Positions 15,101 to 23,800 of a stretch of 64,000 nt of DNA are shown here, in pieces; the stretch's first letter is position 1; each line of letters starts with the position of its first letter. The stretch comes from Haliotis cracherodii (lineage: Eukaryota). The notes below the pieces were generated by a model. The model was not told the DNA's origin and ran no database searches. It saw only the letters and a list, made by a program, of their open reading frames with translations. The stretch is from the NCBI RefSeq assembly GCF_022045235.1, contig NW_027266265.1, positions 34,720,001-34,784,000 on the forward strand, in the 5' to 3' direction. Both the position numbers and the translations under genes were made by a program.

Positions 15101-17793
15101 TTCCAGCTAGATTGGACGGACAGAATTCTGTGGGCATTCCCCCCAGTACCTCTGATCCACAAGGTCCTATCTCAGCTCACCACTCAACCTGCGCGACTAC
15201 TTGTGCTCCTGGCACCTCTTTGGTCGGCGCAGAGTTGGTTTCCAGTAATACTCAGGTTTCTGGCTCAGCCTCCTGTTCTATTACCTTTACGACCGGACCT
15301 ACTATCCCAGAACGGGGCCCTCCACCCGAAATCCCAGGATTCAGTGGGTGGCTTGGCCACTGTCAGGAATCGCCTCCAGAAGAGCGGTATTCCTGCACGA
15401 GTTGCAGACACAATACTGGCTTCGCGGAGGGATTCGACAAACGTTCAGTACGAGGATAGATGGGCCTGCTATGCGCGCTGGTGTGTCGATAGAGGGATTG
15501 CAGATCCCTTTTCTGCAGATCTCGTAGCCGTGCTTGAGTTCCTCCAGTCGCGACTAGATGACGGCCTGGCCGCATCAACAGTCCGGGGGTACTCTACAGC
15601 TATCGCAGCTTTTCACGTCCCTGTCGACGGGGCACTTCTGGGTGCGCACCCATTAGTGCAGCGCTTTTTAGCAGGTGTGGACAGGATCCGACCGCCGGTA
15701 CGGCGGATCAGTCCCCCTTGGGACTTGTCAATCATTCTTGATTGGCTGTCCGGTCCTTCCTTTCGGGATCTGTCGTCTCTCTCTCTTCAGCTGTTGAGCT
15801 GGAAGACGGCGTTCCTTGTGGCGATAACGTCCGGCAGACGGGTAGGCGACATTCATGCAATGTCAGCCGATCCCGAGTTAACTGTCTTCCACCGGGACAG
15901 GGTCAGTATTCGGCTGCCGGATTCTTACCGTCCTAAGGTCGCACACGCCTTCCACGTGACGGCTCCTATTGAGCTACCTGCTCTTTCACAGCCTTCCTCG
16001 TCGGGGACCACTGCAAGACATGCTCATGTCTTGGATGTCCGTAGGACACTCAAGGCCTATATCAGCAGAACTAAGGGTATCCGTAAGGATAATCAACTAT
16101 TTTGCTGTTATGGCGGTAGGAAGGCTGGCTCACCTGCGAGCAAACAAACTATCTCCAGGTGGATAGTCTCTACTATCTGTACTTCGTACACCCTTCAAGG
16201 CAGGGACCCCCCTACCAAGTTGAAGGCTCATTCGGTTAGAGCAGTGGCTACATCACAAGCGTACGCCGCGGCTCTGCCCATTGAGGAGATCTGCTCCGCG
16301 GCTATTTGGAGCCAGCCGAGCACGTTCATCAAACATTACCAACTCGACAAACACTCAAGCGAGCGTGCTCGGTTTGGTCAGTCAGTTCTCCGAACTGGGC
16401 AAAGTTCTAATCTCTAGCCGATTGAGCCTTCGAGATTTTAGATCGCCCGGACCGGTTATACAACTGCTCAGTAACGGTCCGGATTATATCTTCTACGGTC
16501 GATAAATTATCCGTCCTTACTACTCGATAATACTCGTATTGCACAGCACTCCTCAGATCCTCGGAGACCCTCTGGCCTAGCTCAGCGCGGTTATAGTCTC
16601 TCGTGATCAACGCCCCTATATCACTCGTTCAAACAAGTGGGGGGGAGGGTGTTTTGAGTTCTCAAAATATGATCAGCCAAGAATAAAGGCTAATATCATA
16701 GCATATGGTCGACCACGCCCTGTCTCCAGCCCCCGCCTCTCGACGGTGGTGCCTCACGATAAGGTTGGTTCCATTTTATTGAACTCTCAGTTTATTCTCT
16801 GAATATTCAAAATACGATGTATTTATTTCGCTTGTTGCTGACGGATGCCACTTCCTAGATTATCTTTAGGAGTCTGTCTTGATGCAATAAGTGCCCCAAG
16901 GAGGATTTAATCTGAAAGAGAATTTTACAAACCTGTAGAGGTTGTGAATTCTCTGATGAAATCCTCCTTGGGGCACGGCCACCCACCTCCCCACATTCCG
17001 TCAGCATTAGACATATGGAAAGTGATTTGGGTGAGAGTTGCTTCCCTTGGCGTGACGCGCCGTAGAGGGTGAGGCACCGTAAGGGTGGTCGTATATCATA
17101 CAAAAACGAAGTTTTTTGTGTGGTAACATTTTATTAAGGAAAATGGTTACAACTATGTCATGTAGATTTTCTTGAACCAGGAAAATGCAATAAGTGCCCC
17201 AAGGAGGATTTCATCAGAGAATTCACAACCTCTACAGGTTTGTAAAAGTTTCTGGCATGCCCAAGGGATGCAACTCTGCACAGCAAATCATGGCGCCTTA
17301 GACGACTGGGCCACCCATGCCCACCACTAACCCAGAATCCTAATGGGCCAGCTGAAGGTTCACCATGTTAAATAACACAACAGCAGAGCATTCTACTATT
17401 CCTTTCACAGTTGTGGACATGCTTCACTAAACACACCAACACAGATCACCTACCTTACTTGTTTTATCCCAGTGCACCTTGGGGACGTAGACATACTTAA
17501 GATGTTGCAAGTCCTTCTGGCACCTCTCACCATTACCACCCTCATTCACAAAGTCCAGCTCCTGGGCTAATGTCCCCTTCAGATCCTGGAAACATGCATA
17601 AAGGTACAATGATATAGCCATGGTGGCAAGTGGTCCTGTGTACAGCACACTGGTCACAAATCTGACAAAGTTAAGTGACATTTTCAAGAGTCGGTGAATG
17701 AGTGACAGTGTTCAGCAGCCTGACTCCTGTGAGTTTCTAGAGATCCAGGCCTGGCAAGAAACTTTGTTCAGAACATGACCCTGTTCCTGTTAT

Positions 17794-17840
<47 letters not shown>

Positions 17841-20800
17841 CGATCATCTGAAAATACTTCTCATACTGTACACAGGGAGTTGAAACATAATATCTTTCTT
17901 ATATTAATCAGTGTATTAAACATACTGTAATACCTTGCGAAGACCATGAAAAGAAATATATACAAGTATTTGTCACAGAGTGACGAAATATCCCCCGCCT
18001 GTACACCATAGTACCAAATATGAAGACAATCCAGCGATTAGTTCTTGAGATATTGTGGCAACACCGTTTTCCAACTCCAAAAACAGATTTGCCTCCTGTG
18101 ACCTTGAAAATGGGGTCAAGGTCAACAAATCTGACAGGTGTATGCGGTGTCTGTATATACACTATAGTTCCAAATATGAAGACAATCCAGCGATTAGTTC
18201 TTGAGATATCGCGGCAACACCGTTTTCTAACTCCAAAAGCAGATTTGCCTGCTGTGACCTTGAAAATGGGATCAAGGTGACCAAAACCGACTGGTGTCTG
18301 CGGAGTCTGTATATACACCATAGTTCCAAATATGAAGACAATCCAGTGTTTAGTTCTTGAGATATCGCGGCAACACCGTTTTCCAACTCTAAAAGCAGAT
18401 TTGTCTGCTGTGACCTTGAAAATGGGATCAAGGTCACCAAAACCGACTGGTGTCTGCGGAGTCTGTATATACACCATAGTTCCAAATATGAAGACATTCC
18501 AGAGATTAGTTCTTGAGATATTGCGGCAACACCGTTTTCCTACTCCAAAAGCAGATATGCCTGCTGTGACCTTGAAAATGGGGTCAAGGTCACCAAAACC
18601 GACTGGTGTCTGCGGAGTCTGTATATACACCATAGTTCCAAATATGAAGACAATCCAGTGTTTAGTTCTTGAGATATCGCGGCAACAAACAGGTGGGACG
18701 TACGGACGGACGTACGGACGGACGGACAGACGGACGTACGGACGGTCGTGAATACTATATCCCCCGCTTCGCGCTTTCGCGCGGCGGGGGATAATAATAA
18801 AGCATTCTCTCTGAATATTTCTTAATATAATTTGTAAGAAATTACTGTTGATATATAAACAATTTTACTCTTACAAAAATAACCAATATTCTAAAATGCT
18901 TTTATCATGATCTTAAGCTGAATCACTTCTGGGCCCGTTCCACAAAGCGATCTTAGCACTAAGATGATCGTAAGTCCCATACTTTAACATAGGTTTAAAA
19001 TCATCGTAGCGCTAAGATCGCTTTGAGGAACGGGGCCCTGATCATTTATTATGTTACTAGGGTTACCTAGATATTGCTATCTTGTTTGTATGTTTTACAC
19101 TACTCTGTGATATTCCGGCTTCATGATGGCAGCCTGTAAATAACTGAGTCCGGGCCAGACAAACCAGTTATTGATATTGAGCACCGACCAGTTATTGATA
19201 TTGAGCACCGACCCAGGCCATCGGGGTGAGGACATGCAATAATCCAAGTTCCCTAGCTTGATCACCCGATCTGTTAAATCGCCTCTTACAACCATCATAG
19301 GTTGTTGGGGAACAATTCTAACCAGGAGTCCCATGACGGAGATATTGAAACCAACATAATATGCTCTCCACATGTCTGTGCTAGCTAGTTACCTGAATGA
19401 CCCAGGCGAAGCCAAACTTTGGGTGAATCCAGCCAATCAGGTGCAACAGGATCTCACATGTTCGAATATCCCCACTGAAGCGGTCACGGAGGTCTATATA
19501 CTGCACCTGGAAAATCACAATGGTATTGCAATGAATACATCATTCTGACTACAATGTGAAGTTCGTCTTGGGTCTGTTTTAAATATTAAGTCTAATAATG
19601 AGCATTAAAGAATAAATGCAATGTGTTTATACTTACCTGACACAACACAATACTTTAGATCCCTACCTTTACAGACAGTATTGGAAAAGACAGACAGTTG
19701 AACCCTGTTGAATAACCACAGGCCTAAGAATTCCAAATGGGAGCACTCTCCACTTAAAGTGCCGGTCCCGTGAGAAGAGCCGGAGGAGCTGCATGGATGG
19801 TCGAGGCGGGATGTCGGCAACTAACTGGTTATGTGGCAGGAGAATCCTCATCGGCATCAAGGACCATAGGTCCATCTATGGGAATATGTCTTGTCCTGGC
19901 GAAGTGCAGGGCTGATGATCATTAACCTCAGTGGCATGTCCGCTGGGATCAGGGGTCGAACTGGAGGCACTTCAACAAAGTCAGGAATGAAGTCATCATC
20001 AAAGAAACGGCGATCTCGGTGGCAAAAGTGATCGAAGCAAGGCGGCAGACTGGGGCCTCGTGCCTGGTGGTGAAGTCATACCCTGGTGCTAGTCTCTGGA
20101 GGAGCGAGGCGCATCAGAGGTCCCGAGATACCAGTGTTGGAGGAGGTGTGGCAATGGTCAGGCCACTGTCTACATGCTGGCGACCATAGGAAACTGCTGG
20201 TGATGGCTCTAGAGGGAGACGTCAGGGCGGCCTTCAGGCTATCTCGATCGGCAACAGGATCCAGTAGACAGGCAGTAGGAATTTCTCAGAAGGGGCACAG
20301 GAGAGGTGATCAGGAGACTCAGGGTGCTGACAACCTTTCCCAGTCAGAGAGGTGAGTTCTGGCAACCCACAGCTTACAGAACTTGTGGGAGGTGTCATGG
20401 CAGTCTTCAGGGGCTTTCGATCGGGAACAGGATCCAGCAGGCCGGTGGGATGACATCTCAGAAGAGGCACATGGTGTCACCCGAGTAGCAATCCTCTGAG
20501 GCAATGGCACCAATGTGGAGGTATTCATTGAGGTTGTCGTGGGTAGTAAAGGTAATGTCTCTGACAGAGGAGAATACAAAATGGCAACCTTGGCGCGAAA
20601 AATATGCTTAGGTACATGGTTGACGTTTTCCGTGAAACTAACAGCAAAAAGCAGAAATATACCACCTAGAAGCAGAATATATGTCTGAAGAAATATATAC
20701 TCAAGGAAAACCATTGAAACCCCTGTCAGGAAACGACCTAAAAGTATCAGAGGAAATCTTAGTTCACTGTAAGGTAGTCTGTCGTGTAGGCAGACAGAGC

Positions 20801-23800
20801 AGAATAATAGGGAGTACGGGCCGAGGTGGGTAACTCTGGAGTAACAGGGTAAGGGCTATAGTGTTTCAACTGTCTCTCTGTTCCAGTACGGTCTGTTTGT
20901 AAAGGTAGAGAAGCTAAAGAACTGTGCAGCATCAGGTACAGTAAAACTTAATATTTAATATAGTATATTAACATTACTTAGAAATGACTACTTGACAATT
21001 ATATTTGGTACCAAGTCTGATAATGCAAATGTAATGCACACAGTGCTGAGAAAACAAACAATATTACTTCAATGTTAATCATGTAAATAACAATTCTAAA
21101 ACAGTTAATATTTTTTAATCTTATTCCACACCCTCTATACACTCCCTAAAACACGACTGTGCCATGCTGACAGCCTGAATAAACAAACATTGTCTGCCTG
21201 CACCATGTGCACAAGCCATGCCTAGTAAAGTCCGTGATTTGGGAAACACAAATTCCGAAACAAAATTATGAGCTAATTTACTTTTTGAGTCAAGCCTATA
21301 TTTAGAACCGTTATATTACATCTAAAACATTATTTAATTTTTTTTAAATCTCTAAATGCTTACTGGTACTCATTTTGGGAAAAACCCAACAGAGTGATGA
21401 ATAGATAGGTAAAAAATATTGGTTACCAATGAAAAATGTAATAACCCAATTAAAATAGAAACCTTCGAGTAAAAACTCAATTGCTCAAAAAGTTATCTGG
21501 AGCTCTGGATGAACTGCACATGCTCTCCTTTTCGTAGTAAATGCACCACAACACATGCACTACACCGCGTTCTGTGACTTTATCCACTAGTCAGAAGCCG
21601 GAGTTCATTAAAATTATGTTCAGTCTCAAAAGCATGGTAAGCTCAGGTAAATAATAGCAGGGGTAGAAACTAACAGTTTTAGTCCAGTAGTCCTTATAAG
21701 TATAACACATAACAAAACGCATATAAATGGCAAATTTCTACTACCGGTAGTCCTTATAATACCTTAACTATTGGGCACTTTTGCAAGGACTACAAGACTA
21801 GTGCTAATTTCCAATGCTGAATAGCCCACATAACATTACTAAATTCTACTAAAAATTATGCTAAGAGCCAAGTTCAGGGTAGCAGTCGCAAGGGTTTTGG
21901 CACAGACAGAACACATGAAGCTACAACTGCCTTCCAACCTTCCAACCCTGTTGCTGACTGCAGAGATAATACAGATCCAAAGTTCAGCCCAGAGTTCAGT
22001 CATCCTGAACCTTGCATGATCTCAACCCTTGCCTAGCACACACAGTGAACATGCCCCTATACACTGAATACATGGTAACTACTCCATCGTGTGGTTTACC
22101 TTCACAGCTACCCTTTCTCCCTCATGGGTGACAGCACGATGGACTTGAGCGAGACTGGCAGCAGCGATTGGTTCCTCCTCAAACTCAGAGAACATTTCCT
22201 TTGGAGTCTTTCCAAAATCTTCTAAAAATAGTTGTTGGACCTGTAGTTGGGATACAGTGAGTTCATAAACATAGTAAAACACAACAGAGGTCAAACCAAA
22301 ATACAAAAATGATCGGAATAATTCTTACACATGAATGAGTTTAGTTTAACACCACTTTGAACAGTATCTCAGTTATATCACGTCACGCAGCTTCATGTAG
22401 CATGTGTAGCAGTGAGTGAGTGAGTGAGTCGGCTTGATGTGGGAGGAAAGCCGGAAGTGATGCAGGTCTCTGACGCTTAACATTTTGGTGAAAACCACAA
22501 GCACGAGTATGGTGCTGACAAACCTAGAAACATAATCGGGACAAACCTGGACTCGAACCCATGATTAATGTTTCTGGCTTGCCCAAGGTACGTAACTCTG
22601 CACTTATACTTATAGGAGGAGAGCCTGAAGGGATGCAGATGCTTACCACATCAGTGAAGTGAAACCAACAAGAATGAGTATGGTGGTGACAAACCTAGAA
22701 ATGTGGGTAAACCTGATTTGAACCCAGAATCTTAGATTTCCGGTCAGCGTAAGAGATGCAATACTGCAGGGCATGATCTAGTGAGTGAGTGATATCTTAA
22801 AGTCACATCGGCAGTATTTCAGCTACATTGTGACTATGAAAGGTTGTACATAGTAAATAAATACAATAACTACACTTATCACCAATTTGATGGCTTAATT
22901 AGAATGTTCACACTGAGATAGAATTTTGATCATCTACCCACATCAACGATATGTCGTCATTCTCATTCCTCTTCCAGACTATCACCTACCTCATGTGGTC
23001 CACGTGCCAGCGCCTTATCTTGCAGAGCAACCAACACATCAACATATTCTCGAGGTAGGATGTGGTTCAGAGATACAAGACCCTGTCCAAGTTTTATATA
23101 CAACCCTCCATTCTGCAAGCAGCCAAGCAACATCCTCTCAGCTGCCCGCCGATGACATCCTTTGATCGTTCGATCATATTCCTCTCCATCCTCATCAAGG
23201 TTCCATAGAGACCATTTGTAGTCCAGAGAGATTAAAGTACCAATCACTAGAGACCTAAAATCACACATGATCATACTTATAAATATTTACTGCTAAAACA
23301 TTTGTCATGTTCACCGGATCTGACCTGATACATGTTACAATATGAGATTGAGTCTTGCTAAGCTTTGTTCCGGGTTAGAATTGGTCAACTTTTGCTTGTC
23401 GTACTAAAGTACTAAGTACTAAGTCAGCTAAACAGATTGGGTGCACAGGCCATTATAAAGCTGGAACATTGATGAGTGTTTAACAACATACAAACATATA
23501 ATGTACACTCACAAGTCTGAAAAATTATCCGTAAGGTTCACTCGGAATTTTCAGACACGAGCCCTTTATGTGAAAATTCCAAATATTCCAGAGGTACACC
23601 CACACTTGCCCATATAGCACAATGTTAAAATGCCCCATTGTATTTGAAATGTGGGCCTTTTTTCAAATTTAGGGGCTAGAAGCACAAGGCCCCATCCTAG
23701 AATTATCCCTGGGGTCACCCCAGTATGTTCAACAATGGAGCCCTAGTGCAGACTCAGAGGTTAAATAGGTCCCCTTTCCATCTCATATAAGTCAGATGTT

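Larger units (their letters stand above)
10716..17247 (+). mobile_element. Full-length DIRS1-like tyrosine-recombinase retrotransposon (~6.5 kb), antisense in an ADCK5 intron
   Basis: 195-bp inverted terminal repeats, internal complementary region, gag + RT/RNaseH/MT + YR coding; splits a SINE with no clear TSD. Confidence 0.95.
10517..17325 (-). mobile_element. tRNA-derived SINE (family A) split by the DIRS insertion (halves 10517-10715 and 17248-17325)
   Basis: Joining caatcatag + gtttctggcatg restores the uninterrupted copy seen at 29951-29970. Confidence 0.88.

Noticed and set aside
17908-18751. Long repetitive ORFs on both strands (241, 139, 111 aa)
   Set aside because: Artefacts of the 156-bp (52-codon) tandem unit inside a non-coding element
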